A stretch of 64,000 bases of DNA from Hypanus sabinus (GCF_030144855.1 NC_082721.1:30814001-30878000), one strand, 5' to 3'. Positions 34,815-48,438 are shown, numbered from the stretch's first letter. Translations and numbers: made by a program. The notes: generated by a model not told the origin, from the sequence alone.

Positions 34815-37560
34815 CATAGAAACATAGAAAACCTGCAGCACAATACAGGCCCTTTAGCCCATAATGCTGTGCTGAATATGTACTTACTTTAGAAGTTACC
34901 AAGGTTTACCCAAAGCCCTCTATTTTTCTAAGCTCCATATACCTATCCAAGAGACTCTTAAAAGACCCTATTGAATCTGCCTCCACCACTGCTGCCGGCA
35001 GCCTATTCCACACACTCAACACTCTCTGCATAAAAACTTACCCGACATCTCCTCTGTACCTACTCCCCAGCACCTTAAAACTGTGCCCTCTCGTGTTAGC
35101 CATTTCAGTCCTGGGAAAGAGCCTCTGAGTATCCACATGATCAATTCCTCTCATCATCTTATCCACCTCTATCAGGTCACTTCTCGTCCTCCGTCACTCC
35201 AAGGAGAGAAGGCCAAGTTCACTCAACCTATTCTCATAAGGCATGCTCTCCAATTCAGGCAACATCCTAGTAAATCCCCTCTGCACCCTTTTTATAGTTT
35301 CCACATTCTTCCTGTAGTGAGGTGACCAGAACTGAACACAGTACTTCAAGTCGGATCTGATCAAGATCTTATATAGCCGTAACATTATCTCTCAGCTCTT
35401 AAACTCAATCTCACAGTTGATGAAGACCAATACATCATATGCCTTCTTAACCAGAGTCAACCTGCACAGTAGCTTGGAGTGTCCTATGGACCCCAAGATC
35501 CTTCTGATCCTTCGCACTGACTCTTACCATTAATACTATATTCTGCCATCGTATTAGACCTACCAAAATGAACCACATCACACTTATCTGGGTTGAACTC
35601 CATCTGCCACTTGTCAGCCCAGTTTTGCATCCTATCAATACCCCGCTGTAACCTCTGACAGCCCTCCACACTATCCACAACACACCCAACCTTTGAGTCA
35701 TCAGCAAATTTACTAACCCTTCCCTCCACTTCCTCATCCAGGTTATTTATAAAAATCACAAAAAGGGGTCTCAGAACAGATCTCTGGAGCACACCTCTGG
35801 TCACCAACCTCCATGTTGAATATGACCTGTCTACAACCACTCTTTACCTTTTGTGGGCAAGCCAATTCTGGATCAACAAGGCAAGGTCTCCTTGCATCCC
35901 ATGTTTCCTTAGAAATATCAAAAACCTACAGCACAATACAGGCCCTTCAGCCCACAAAGCTGTGCCAAACATGTAAATACTCTTCTTGGAACTTGGCTGA
36001 TTTTTCACAAAAGGATGAGAGTTTATGAATCAGTTTTAACAGTGAAGGCCAAAATGATTGGCTTAAGAAACAATTAGATGCTTTTCTGGAGAATGAAAAG
36101 TTAAATTCCTATATATAATAATCTTTATTGATATTAGATGAAGGAATTTAACTTAAGACGCTGAAGTTTCCTTAATAAGCCTCGCATTGGGTACCTTATC
36201 AAATGCCTTGCTGAAATCCATATACACTACATCTACTGCTCTACCTTCATCAATGTGTTTAGTCACAGCCTCAAAAAACTCAATCAGGTTCATAAGCCAC
36301 AAGCTGCCTTTGACAAAGCTATGCTAACTATTTGTAATTATATTATGCTTCTCTAAATGTCATAAATCCTGCATCTCAAGATCTTTTCCATCAATTTACC
36401 AACCACTGAAGTAAGACTCACTGGTCTATAATTTTCTGGGCTATCTCTACTCCCTTTCTTGAACAAGGTAACAACATCTACAAACTTCCAATACTCCGGA
36501 ACCTCTCCTGTCCCCATTGATGATGCAAAGATCATTGTCAGGGACTCAGCAATCCTCGCTTCCCACAGTAGCCTGGGTTATAATCTCGTCCCAGTGACTT
36601 ATCCAACTTGATGCTTTCCAAAGGCTCCAGCACATCCTCTTTCTTAACGTCTATCTGCGCTTTTCAGTCTGCTGTAAGTCATCCCTACAATCGCCAAGGT
36701 CCTTTTCCATAGTGAATACTGAAGCAAAGTATTCATGATGTACCTCCGCTACCTACTCAGGTTCCATACACACTTTTCCACTGTCACACTTGATTAGTCC
36801 TATTCTCTCATGTCTTATCCTTTTGCTCTTCACATACTTGTAGAATGCCTTGGGATTTTCCTTGATCTTGCTCACCAAGGCCTTCTCATGGCTCCTTCTG
36901 GCTCTCCTATTTTCATTCTTAAGTTCCTTCCTGCTAACCTTATAATTTTCTAGATCTCTACCATTACCTGGTTTTTTGAACTTTTCTTAAGCTTTTCTTT
37001 TCTTCTTGACTAAATTTTCAACGGCCTTTTTACACCATGGTTCCTGTAACCTACCATCCTTTCTCTGAGTCATTGGAATGTACCTATGCAGTATGCCACG
37101 CAAATATCCCCTGAACATTTGCCACATTTCTGCTATATGTTTCCCTGTGAACATCTGCTCCTCATTTATACTTCCAGGTTCCTGGCTGATAGCTTCATAT
37201 TTCCCCTTACTCCAATTAGACGTTTTCCCAACTTGTCTGCTCCTATCCCTCTCCAATGCTATGGTAAAGGAGAGAATTGCGATCACTATCTCCAAAATGC
37301 TCTCCCACTGACAGACCTGACATCTGACCAGGTTCATTTCCCAATACCAGATCGAATACAGCCTCTCCTCTTGTAGGCTTATCCACATATTGTGTCAGGA
37401 TACCTTCTTGAACTCACCTAACAAACTCCACCCCATCTAAACCCCTTGCTCTAGGGAGATGCCAATCAATAGGGAAATTAAAATCTCCCATCACAACCCT
37501 GTTATGATTGCACCATTCCAGAATCTGTCTCCCTATCTGCTCCTCAATGTCCCTGTTACT
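34815..37560 (-). mobile_element. CR1 LINE, degenerate ORF2 (endonuclease C-terminus to RT) with a nested insertion
   Basis: Fragments ENYRPVSLTSVVGKLMEKIL, VSKFADDSKVG, WADKWQMEFNPDKC, LKYCVQFWSPHY. Tail (ttctatg)n at 34815. Confidence 0.85.
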
Positions 37561-38198
37561 ATTGGGTGGTTATTGACTCCTTCCTGTTTCTAATTTCCAC
37601 CCACAGAGACTCAGTGGGCAATGCAATTGTGTTGCTGGGACTCTTGACCTCACAATCTACCTTGTTCTGATTTTGCGCCTGCACCACGCTTTCTTGTAGC
37701 TCCTGCACTTTATTCTGCATTGTTATTATTTTACCTTGTACCACCACAATGCACTGTGTATTTTAATGATTTGTAATGACTGTATGCAAGACAAGCTTTT
37801 CACTGTATCCTGGTATATTTAAAAATTATAAACCAACTCCAATATCTGTAATGATACAGAACTTGTAAATTTCAAGATTTACTTTTTCAGTTGTTTTCAT
37901 ATTAACTCCGTTTAGTCGGAAATAATGCCTTGTATTGTCAAAGCTGTTTACACGTTCTTCGTTTGACTGAACCAGGTTTCATTGCTACATTAAATATGAT
38001 TTAAAGGTGCTATCCCGGTTTGGGGGACCAGTATCACCCTTGTCACGCCATTAAAATAGGTCTGGAACTTTTTTGCCTGACCCGCTGAGTTCAAGCTGCA
38101 GCTTACTTTTTTTTTCGCTCTGGATGCCAGTCCGACTTGGCTCCGGTCACATCTGCTCCTTAAATCAAGCTAAATATAGAGCAGGAGGCCAAGGCAAA

Positions 38199-39099
38199 AT
38201 GGCTTGCGAGCCAACGGGCCACGGTGACAGGGAGCCGGCCGCCGACACCGTCCTGGAAGTCGGCCAGCGGCTGTTCCGTGTCAACAGGGGCGTGCTGTCG
38301 CGGGCCAGCGAGTACTTTCGGGCCATGTTCTTCGGAGGCTCCAGGGAAGGGTCTGAGCGCCACGTTGTACTGCGAGGCGTGGACCCCGAAGTCTTTAAGC
38401 TGCTGTTGGCCTTCGCAGTCGACGGCCGGGTTGAGATCAAGCGGGACAACGTGACGGCCCTGCTGGAGGCGGCCGATTTCCTGCTCTTCGACCGGCTGAA
38501 GCTGCTGTGCAGCGCCTTCCTGCAGCGGGAGCTGCACGTGTCCAACTGCCTGGGCTTCTGGGCCTACTCGCGACGCCTCGCGTGCCCGGGCCTAACGGCC
38601 GCCGCCCGCCGCGTCGCCCTCACACACCTGGAAGCCGTGGTCACCCACCAGGAGGAGTTCGCGCAGCTCTCCGAGGAGGCGCTGGTCGAGCTGCTGGCCA
38701 GCGACGACCTCTACGTGCGCAAGGAGGACGAGGTGTTCGAGGCCGTGGTGAAGTGGGCGAGCCACCGGCGCTGCAGGGAGGCAGCCTTGCTGCCGCTCTT
38801 GGGCTTGATGCGAGCCCCCTTCATGAGCCTCACGTTCCTGGACTTGCTGATCAAACGGTCCAAGCGCGGCAGCGAGGACGACACCTGCGCCAGAGTCCTG
38901 CAGATGTTGAACCGCAACCCTCCCCGCACCTGGTCGGCGACCCAGAAGAGCAGGCGCTACGAGACCATGTACATCCTCGGGGGAAGACATGAGCGCGAAC
39001 AGCAAGAACTCTTCCAGTTCTATCCTAAAAGCAACACATGGCAGGCCTGCTCTCCTCTCCGCCGCAGAAACCTCACTCAATACGCCGTGGCAGCAGTAG
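38199..39099 (+). CDS. Kelch-like (BTB-BACK-Kelch) protein, coding exon 1
   Basis: aaaATGG start. BTB: DTVLEVGQRLFRVNRGVLSRASEYFRAMF...LLEAADFL. BACK: NCLG...LLASDDL...EDEVFEAVVKW. First kelch repeat YILGG. Donor G|gtaact, phase 1. Confidence 0.9.
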
Positions 39100-39428
39100 G
39101 TAACTCAGCCTGAATTGTATATCAAACACCACGCATAATTCATCTCACGCCCTTAATACGCTTTGCGGTAATCAATAATCACCCATTCACTTAAATGCAA
39201 TAGAATTTTGTTTGTCGGTTTGCTTGACACTTTTATTTTCCGTCACCTCCATCCTTGTCTGCGTTGGCTGTGAACTGCTTCTGTTTCGCACACCCTGTGT
39301 GCCTGAGTCAAGCATAGAGAGCGTTTTATCTTCGGTTAACTGTAACATTCCGTTCAGTCATTCCAACGCACTTCTAGACCAGAAGCATCACTGATTTGGA
39401 TATGTTGTAGTTAAGGAAAGTGTTTTGA

Positions 39429-39562
39429 GCTTAGCCATTCCTGATGAAGGGTTTCGGCAGGAAACGTCGTCACTACCTCTTCTCATAGATGCTGTCTGGC
39501 CTGCTGAGTTCTGCCAGCATATTGTGTTTTTATTTTTTTCCAGCATCTGCAGATTCACTCGT
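39429..39562 (+). mobile_element. Short PLE 3'-terminus insertion with a damaged hammerhead motif
   Basis: CTGATGAagggtttcggcagGAAAcgTC at 39441-39468. 9-bp TSD gtgttttga at 39420 and 39563. Confidence 0.75.
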
Positions 39563-39642
39563 GTGTTTTGACTGCTGTAAAAGCTAAGCTTGCACCTGAA
39601 CAACGTGCTCCTACTGTTTTAAAATATTTACTTCCTATTAAA

Positions 39643-40546
39643 TCAGAAACAAGAGAATCTGCAGATGCTGGAAATTCAAGCAACACACACAAAATACTAG
39701 AGGAACTCAACAGGCCAGGCAGCATCTAGGGACAAAATTATAGTTGATGTTTCAGGCCAAAACCCTTCTGCAGGATTGGAGAAAAAAAGCTGAGGACTAG
39801 ATTTTAGAGGAGGGGGAAGGGGTGAGAGAACCACCATGTGTTAGATGAAACCTGAAGGGGGAGGGATGAAATAGAGAGCTGGGAAATTGGTTGGTGAAAG
39901 AGACAGAAGGCCATGGAAGAAAGTAAAAGGGGGAAAGAACACCAGAGGGAGGTGATGAGGTGAGAGGGGAAAAAGGGGATTCGAAATGGAGGGGGGGGGG
40001 GGCATTACGGGAAGTTTGAGAAATCAATGTTCATGCCAGCAGGTTGGAGGTTACCCAAACGGAATATAAGGTGTTGTTCCTCCAACCTAAGTGTGGCCTC
40101 ATCACAACAGTGGAGGAGGTCATGGATGGGCATATCGGAAAGGGAAGTGGAATTAAAATGGGTGGCTACTGGGAGATCCCACTTGTTCTGGGGGATGCTT
40201 AGTGAAGCAGTCTTTCAATTTATGTCAGGTCTCACCGATGTACAGGAGGCCACACTCGGAGCACTGAACACAGTAAATGACCCCAACAAATTCAGTGAAG
40301 TGTCGCCTCACCTGGAGGGACTGTTTAGGCCCTGGGTGGTAGTGAGGGAGAAGGTGTAAGGATAGATGTAGCACTTGTTCTGCTTGCAAGGGTAAGTGCC
40401 AGGAGAGAGATCGCCGGGGGGTGGGGGGGATGATGGACAAGGGAGTCGCGTAGGGAGCAAACCCTGCAGAAAGCAGTAAGTGGTGGGGGAAGGAAAGATG
40501 TTTTTTCATAGATGCTGCTTGGCCTGCTGAGTTCCTCCAGCATTTT
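39643..40546 (-). mobile_element. 5'-truncated Penelope-like element with an inverted terminal copy
   Basis: GVIYCVQCSECGLLYIGET (GIY-YIG). 40507-40546 is an inverted copy of about 39691-39728. 8-bp TSD ctattaaa at 39635 and 40547. Confidence 0.82.
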
Positions 40547-41369
40547 CTATTAAAACTACCTTTTTACAACAAAATAACTGATTAAATCCAGACTCTATTT
40601 CCAGTATCCTAAATCCATTCTTAGATGATAATTCCTCATGAATTGTCATGGCTAAGGCTGCCACAACTGTTTTAGCCTTGGAGGTTAAAGACAAAACTGA
40701 TTATGAATTTGATAGCTTTTAACTATGAAGGGAAATATGATTCAAGATTTGATGATGAAGAAAAATACAAATAGAAGCCTTTTCACAGCATTTGTAGGAG
40801 ATACCCTCAGCATCTGGAACAGGATATGCCTATGCAGCAAGCTACTGCATTAAATTAACTGATCTGTGGGACAACTCTCCCAAACAGTTCCCAACTGTCC
40901 ATAAAATAAACTTTGCAAGGTCAGTTGGACAGGAAGCAACTTTGCAGAGTCACTGTACTGCGGTAGTTTCTGATACAACTGAATGTTTTGCCAAAACATT
41001 TCAGAAGGTTACTGTGAAATGTCATCTAGGTTACAGTAGTTCTGATGTCACAAATGACTCACACCAAGAATGAGTGACAGATTTCTTTCCCTGAGGATGT
41101 TAATAAACCAGATGTTAGAGGGTAGGTTAGAATGATCATTTCTTTTGTCCCCTCATTGCTAAGACTAGGATGCCACTTAAGTTCAGAAAATAAATTCAAA
41201 TCTCCAAGGTGGGATTTGAATTGATTTTTGTGACTATTACTGCACCCCTCTGAAGTATTAAAGCTAGAACTGAATGGTCCTAAGCTACCAAAACTACCCA
41301 TCAGTGAGTTTGCCTTTGCTGCTTGTTAGGGCTTTGTAGGAGCTTCTATCATTTTACTAATGATTGAGT

Positions 41370-43447
41370 GCAGATGATTGGCAGGAGGCAAAGAATGGCC
41401 TTTTCTGGTTGGCTGCCAGTGACGAGTGGTGTTCCACAAGAGTCGACATTGGGATTGCTTCTTTTCACATCATAGGATGATGAAATTGATGGCTTTTTTT
41501 GCAAAGTTTGCAAATGATATGAAGATAGGTGGAGGGGCAGATAGTTTTGAGGAAGCAGAGGCTACAAGACAGATTAGGAGAATGGGCAAAGAAATGGTGA
41601 ATAGAATTCAGTAACACACACAAAATTCTGGAGGAACTCAGCAAGCCAGGCAGTATCTAGCATCTACTCTTTTCCTAGATGCTGCCTGGTCTGTTGAGTT
41701 CCCTCCAGCATTCCGTGTGTGTTGCTTGGATTTCCAGCACCTGCAAATTTTCTCTTGTTTTTGATGGAATACAGTGTCATGCACTTGGTAGAAGAAATAA
41801 AAGGGCTGACTATTTTCTAAATCGAGAGAAAAGACAAAAGACTGAGGCACAAAGCGACCTGGGAGTCCTAGTGTAGAATTCCCTAAAGGTTAATTTACAG
41901 GTTGAATCTGGTGTGGAATTCAAATAAAATGTTAGTATTCATTTCAAGAGGAATAGAATATAGAAGCAAGAATGTCATGTTGAGACTTTATAAAACACTG
42001 GTGAAGCCTCACTTGGAATACTGTGAGCAGTTTTGGGCCCCTGTTCAAAGGAGGGTCAGAAAAATGATTCCAGGATTGAATGGCTTGTCAAATGAAGAGA
42101 GTTTGATGGCTTTGGGCTTGTATTAGCTAGAATTCAGAAGAATGTAGAGTGACCTCATTGAAACCTATCGTATAGTGAAAGGCCTTGATAGAGAGGACAT
42201 GGAGAGGATGTTTTCTATGGTGGGAGAATCTAAGACCAGAGGACTCAGCCTCAGAATAGAGGGGTATCCTTTTAGAATGGGGATGAGGAGGATTTCTTTA
42301 GCCAGAGAGAAGTGAATCTGTGAAATTCTTTGCCACAGGTAGCTGTGGAGGCCAAGTCTTTATGTTTATTTAAGACAGGTTGATAGATCCTTGATTGGTC
42401 AGGGCATGAAGGAACACGGAAAGAAGTTGGTTGATTGGGGCTGTGAGGAAAATTGGGTCAGCCACGTCAAAATGGCGGAGCAGGCTTGATATGCCAAATA
42501 ACCTAATTCTGCTGCTATATCTTATGGTCTTATCGAATTAGTGGCTTTGCAGCCAAGTTTGTGGACAATACAAAGATGGACAGGGTGGAGGTAAGTAGTG
42601 TTGTGGAAGCAGTGAGTCTGCAGAAGGTCTTAGACAGATTGGGAGAATGGACAAAGTGTCAGATGAAGGGTAGTGTAGGGAAGTGTATGGTTGTACAATT
42701 TGGTCAAAGGAATAAAGGCATAGACTATTTTCTAAGCGGAGGAAATTTAAAAATCTGAGGTGCAAAGAGACTTGGGAGTCTGTGTGGGATTCTCTAAAGG
42801 TTAGCTTGCAGGTTGAGTCAGTGATAAGAAATGCAGATCCAATGTTAACATTCATTTCAAGAAGACTAGAATATAGGAGTAAGGATGTGAAACTGAGGCT
42901 TTATAAGGCACTGGTCAGACCACATTTGGGGTATTGTGAACAGTTTTGGGCTCCATATCTGAGAAAAGATGTGTTGGCATTGGGGAGGGTCCAGAGGAGA
43001 TGAAAGTGTTAATGTTTGAGGAGTGTTTGACGGCTCTGGGCCTGCAGTTGCTGGAATTTAGAAAAATGATGGGGGAATCTGATTGAAACATATTGAATAT
43101 TGAAAGGTCTGGATAGAGTGGATGTGGGTGGATGTTTCCTATAGTGTGTGAGCCCAGAACTAGAGGACACAGCCTCAGAATAGAGCGATGTCCATTTAGA
43201 ACAGATATGAGGAGGAATTTCTTTAGCCAGAGGGTACTGAATCTGTGATATTCATTGCCATAGGTGGCAAGTCATTGAGTGTATTTCAGGCAGAGGTTAA
43301 TAGATTCTTGATTAGTCAGGGTGTCAAAGGTTATGGGGAGAAGGCAGATGAATGGGGTTGAGAGAATAATAAATCAGCCATGATGGAATGGCAAAGCAGA
43401 CTTCATGGACTGGAATGGCCTAATTCTGTTCCTATATCTATGGTCTT
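41370..43447 (+). mobile_element. Two tandem CR1 3' fragments; the first is interrupted by a fold-back PLE mini-element (41613-41762)
   Basis: LYKTLVKPHLEYCEQFWAP and LYKALVRPHLGYCEQFWAP, with cttatggtctta-type tails. Confidence 0.8.
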
Positions 43448-44339
43448 AGGGTGGGTGATTCAGTTAGCAGAATTGGAGTCAGCTTCATTTTATTGTTTAT
43501 TTTCCACTTTGTTGGATAAATCATAATTGCAGCAGAACCGCTTGGACAGAGGATACTCACTAAGCAGAAAGTACCTTTGGGACAAAACTAGGATGTTGAC
43601 AGACCCATAATCTTTCCTTCCAATTGTTTATTGATATCACGTTAACTGAATTAAATTGAAAATTTTATGAAGAGGGTACTCTCAATCCCTTATAAGACAA
43701 GCCAGGCCACACAGCTAACTGTGGCATTTTATACCCTACTTTTTCAGCTTTAGATGACCCTTGGCTACACATAGCCTACCTGGGCCCTGTAATCTTTCAT
43801 AGGCTTCTAGCTTCTCAGGTTGGGAAATCAGCCCGTTGAATGTGTGTTATTAGAGGTCAAATACTGAGGCCACAGAACATCATTGCAGGAGTTGCTCAGG
43901 AGTGTGTCTTATGCACAAATGGCTTCAACAGCTGCATTATTCCCACACTATACAGTCTAAAGTAATATTTACTATGTTCAGTTCCATTCAAAACTCCATA
44001 GAAAATGACACAGACCTTGCCTACATACCACAAGATCCTGGCAAATAATATTTGCATTACAAAAAATTGCAAGGCAATGATCAACTCCAAACTAGAGAGA
44101 TCTAACCAGCTGCATTTAATATTGACAACTCCCTGCCAACAAAATCCTGGAGGTCACCACTGACTGGAAACTCAAATAGACTAGCTACATAACAGCATGG
44201 CTACAAGGCCAAATCAGAGGCTATATAATGTGATAAGTAACTATCTACAAGGCATGTTGGGAGCATGCTGGAATACTCTACTTCACAGGATGTGTGCTAA
44301 GTTGCTGGCCAGGTTGTTGTTGCCAGGCCTGCGTTCCAT

Positions 44340-45150
44340 AGAATCCCTAGTCCGTCAAGCATCACTGGGACAAAGAGTGGGACTGTCATCAGGGAGGAGG
44401 CTACGTAGCCTCCACGCTAGGTCCACCAGATTCAAAGCAGTAAAGCTGATCAACACCTCCATCCACTAACCCACCATGCCCCATTGACTGATGGGAGTGG
44501 GACTAACAGTCGATAAGCAGGGTGTTTGTCATTGCAGGCCCACGTGAGCAAAGTGTACAACAGTGGGTGATGATGATGGGGGAGGAAAAGTGGTTGTGCG
44601 TCCTGACTATCGGAGGTCTGTTCGTTAGGAAGTCCAACATCCATTGCACAGTGGTGTATTTAGACCAAGCAGTAGGAGTTTGTTCACCAGAGACTACAGG
44701 ACAATAGTGTTGAATGCTGACCTGAAATCCCGGAACAGCATTCTGAAACAAGTGTCCTTGTTTTCTAGGTGCGTCAGGGCCAGCTGCATGACAGATGCTA
44801 TAACATCTGTCGTAGAGCAGATCTGTTGGTAAGCATTTGGCAACTGTCCAGTGTGGCAGGAATAGAGTTTTTGATATGTGCCATTACCAGCCATTCAAAG
44901 CACTTCATGATGGTTGGCATCAGTGCTACCAGGTGGTAATCGTGTAGTTCTGAAAGTGTAAAGTTTCTTTGGTACAGGGATGATGGTGGCTGATTTGAAG
45001 CATGTGGGGTCAGCAGTCTGGATGAGTGAAGTATTGAAGATGTCCGTAAAGACATCAGTGAGCTGGTCTTCATGCTCCCCAAGTACTCTGGTCTGGCGGC
45101 CTTACATGAGTTAACTCTCTGCAGAGACCTTCTGCCACTCCTTCAGCTAA
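44340..45150 (-). mobile_element. Rex1/Babar RT remnant
   Basis: Fragments [56 protein letters not shown]. Confidence 0.75.
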
Positions 45151-46264
45151 GCCACCTAGCCCAGGTTGCTGTCAGCTGGCCTGGCATCCATAGAATCCCT
45201 AGTCCATTGAGCATTGCTATTAACTCTACTGCCAAAAGATTAAAAGTAATTTTGCCTAAGAGTTTAGTGGTGCTCTATTCGTGAAACTTTAGTTGATTGT
45301 AATCTCTGGCTAAAAACTTTGAAATATTATCCAAGTTGTAGTCTAGATTAGGTGTGGTTGCAATTTTTTTAAACTGATAATCTTGTCATTGCATGGTAGT
45401 GGAGGATCTGCAATGTCTACAATGGTGATTACAAACCAGAAATAAATCATGGCACCAAGTTAAAGAGATGTAAAGAAACCTGCTGCAGATCATGACATCA
45501 TTCTACCTCAGGTTGTTGTCCTGTATTCAACAACACTTGATAAAGCACTAAGAATATCAATGGCAATGAATGCATTCTGAGTGGGGGTCTTCAGTGTAGC
45601 ACCAATAATAACTAGACATGTGAAATACAAAAGTTTATATCTGCCAGATTGATTCTGTAACAGCTGGAGACTGAACTAACAGGAGGGATGGAACTATATG
45701 ACTTGGTCTGCACTCCTAGTAGAGACAAAACTCCATTTACATTGGGGGTGTAATCCATGGCGCTGTACTGCATTACCATAGTGCTAAATGGGATGTCAGA
45801 ATCTATCTGGTGGCCTAAAACAGGGCATCTATGAAAAATTATGGCCTATCAACACCAGAATTATATTTCATCATAAACCATGACCTCAATGCCTTGGATA
45901 TTCCTTGCTTTGTCTTTCTCATCAAGCTAGCTTCTATTCCATTATATCAGACTCTTGAACTGACCTTTTGTATGTTAAGATGGACTCTTGGCCTCACAAT
46001 CTACCTCGTTATGATCTTGCACTTTATTGTTACCTGTACAGCACTTTTTTTCACTAACTTTACACTTCTTTCTACACTGTTTAATTATTTGATCTATATA
46101 AACTTTTCACTGTATGGTACCTGTGACAATAATAAAACAATATCAATAAAAACAGATACTGCCATTTTCTATTTCTGGAAGTAGATTAACCGCCTTAATT
46201 GTATAGACTCTCCATAGTTTCTCCAATCTGTGATTATGTTGTTCCATGTCTGTCTGTTTAACAG

Positions 46265-46676
46265 GTAATTACATCTTTGTCACGGGCGGATACTTCCGAG
46301 ATGAGATAGTGTGGTACTGCGTAGACTGGGTGCTAATTTATAACCACTGGGAAAACAACTGGATGGAAGGGCCTTCCCTGAAGCAGTCTCGCAACTGGCA
46401 CTGTGCAGTCGGTGCTGGGGAGTACCTATACGTGTTGGGAGGAAGCACTGATGAGGCAGTGATTGCTGATGTTGAGCGGCTGCTAATGATGGACACACAG
46501 TGGGAGAGCATGCATCGTATGGTGCAGCCAGTCGAGAGAGCAGCAGCAGTCAGTGATGGCACCAGCATTTATGTCTTGTGTGGACTGGATGAAAATGGTG
46601 ATGTCTACAGCGGAGTTCAGCGGTTGGTTGTGGACACAGATGTTTGGGATGTCATCTCTTTCTCTCCCCTTCCCCG
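46265..46676 (+). CDS. Kelch-like protein coding exon 2 (kelch repeats)
   Basis: 412 nt, ttaacag|GT ... CG|gtgcgt. Repeats YIFVTGG, YLYVLGG and IYVLCG with downstream Trp. Phases 1 and 2 fit exons 1 and 3. Confidence 0.9.
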
Positions 46677-47879
46677 GTGCGTTCTTTTCTTTATTTACAT
46701 CTCATTACCACCACATTTTAGCTTGAACCACTACCCTTTGTCCTTTTAATCATTCTTACTCTCCAGACCAAAGAACTTCACACCTATTCTTTCCTCCTCT
46801 TATCACCCATCTAGTCTCGAACTCTCACCCTGTACTTTCATTACACCTGTTTTAACACTTGCTAGATTTGTAACATGTTCCAATTATAACAAAAGGTATG
46901 AACTTAATATGTTAACTTTGTTTCCAATGTGTCTTCTTAGCCTGATTTAAAAAAAAGATTTTGAATGTTCTTTGTGTTTAATTCACTGCCCTGTTGCTTC
47001 CAGCATTCACCAATCATTTTGCCAATGGGGTTATCTTTTTATCTCATTTACTTTCATGGCTTCCTGTTTCTCTTGAGTTACATGGAAACTTGCAGCATAG
47101 GAGGAGGTTATCTGACCAGTCATGGCACCCAGAGATCTACTAACATTCACTTTCAGACACATTACTATTTCTGCAACCCTCTCAGTCTCGGATTCATTCA
47201 TTTCATTTTGGATTGGGGTGATCAAACCCAAGTTTTTAATTGTGAATCAAGATACTGCAAACAACCCTTCCTGAAATGCATGCTGAGCCATATACACTGT
47301 CTTCAGCTTTTGCTTCTTCGCTTGCTTACCCTGGTTGGCACTTCCATTCATTCCATCTTTAGCCACTGCACCTCAGTTAGCACTTTAACTAAACATTTAT
47401 TCTTTCATATTACAACAATCACACACTCAACAATCCTTAGACCCAATAATGCTACAAATGCTTTTCCACTCATGGTTCTCCAACCCCTCTTTTCCTAATG
47501 CCTCCATTGAACCTGTGCATGATTTTCCTGTCTTCTGTAATGCTGAAAAAAGACCTTACCTTTGTTTTATCCATTTACGCCCCTATTTCAATTAATTATA
47601 GTTCTGCTGAGATCTGCTGAGTTCTGCTTCTTCCTTCACTTCTACCTCTGCACTAGCTCCTTCTCTTGACGCAATAAATCCTATCTCCAGAATCCTTCTA
47701 GCCTCTTACCACCCCTCCTCCACCAGATCTTTTCATTGGGAACTTCTGTTGCAACATGACACTTCAATATCTCTGTTCCCCATACTTACTCCCTTTTTAT
47801 ATTGAACAGCGACTGGTTTGATTCTTCTTTCTCACTCCGAATGAGAAGTATTCCGGATCACTGTAAGTTCTGGCTTTGG

Positions 47880-48438
47880 TTGCACACCAGGCAACACATC
47901 ACGCAGCATCCACACAAACAAGATTTCTTTGTTTGGCGGGGCCAGAGGTTGTTTTCCCCTAGACAAACACATGCTGGCCGAGCCTGAGGGTTACAATTGT
48001 GGGGGCTCGTCTGGATGTGTTGTCCGATTACAAATCCACACCACAAAATATACAACAGTACACCATATGCAATTAAATGATTAAACTTTATAAATCTTAA
48101 TCTGGATATAGGGTTAGTAAAGAAAATAAAAAGGAAAAGGGCCCATTTTATGGAAAAAAAAAGTGCACGTTGGAGCTCTCTGCTACAGCTATGCATCAAC
48201 CATCGATCTCCTCCAAGCATTGCCAAACTTCAGAGCCTTGCTCCCAGTCTACTCCACCCAGTGGTCTACCAGCTCTCTCCACACTTTTTACTTCTCTCGC
48301 CGACAGAGACCGCAAAAAAACTCTCTTCCAGACTCACAAGAAAGAACAACATTTTTCCCATTGGATACCATACATTCCAAAGCCCTGTTATCTCTAGTCA
48401 TAATCCAAACATTAGCAGTGAAACATTGCAGTGTTACA
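47880..48438. mobile_element. Rearranged LTR with a tRNA-Pro-type primer-binding site
   Basis: Plus-strand LTR end gggttaca (47995) is followed by tgggggctcgtctggat (48000-48016). The LTR 5' part lies inverted at 48040-48438. Confidence 0.6.

Noticed and set aside
38160-39080. Several long overlapping or antisense ORFs over kelch exon 1
   Set aside because: Expected from stop-codon scarcity in GC-rich coding DNA; they show no recognisable domains.
46965-47498. 177-aa ORF in kelch intron 2
   Set aside because: No recognisable domain, no splice-phase fit, and low-complexity composition.
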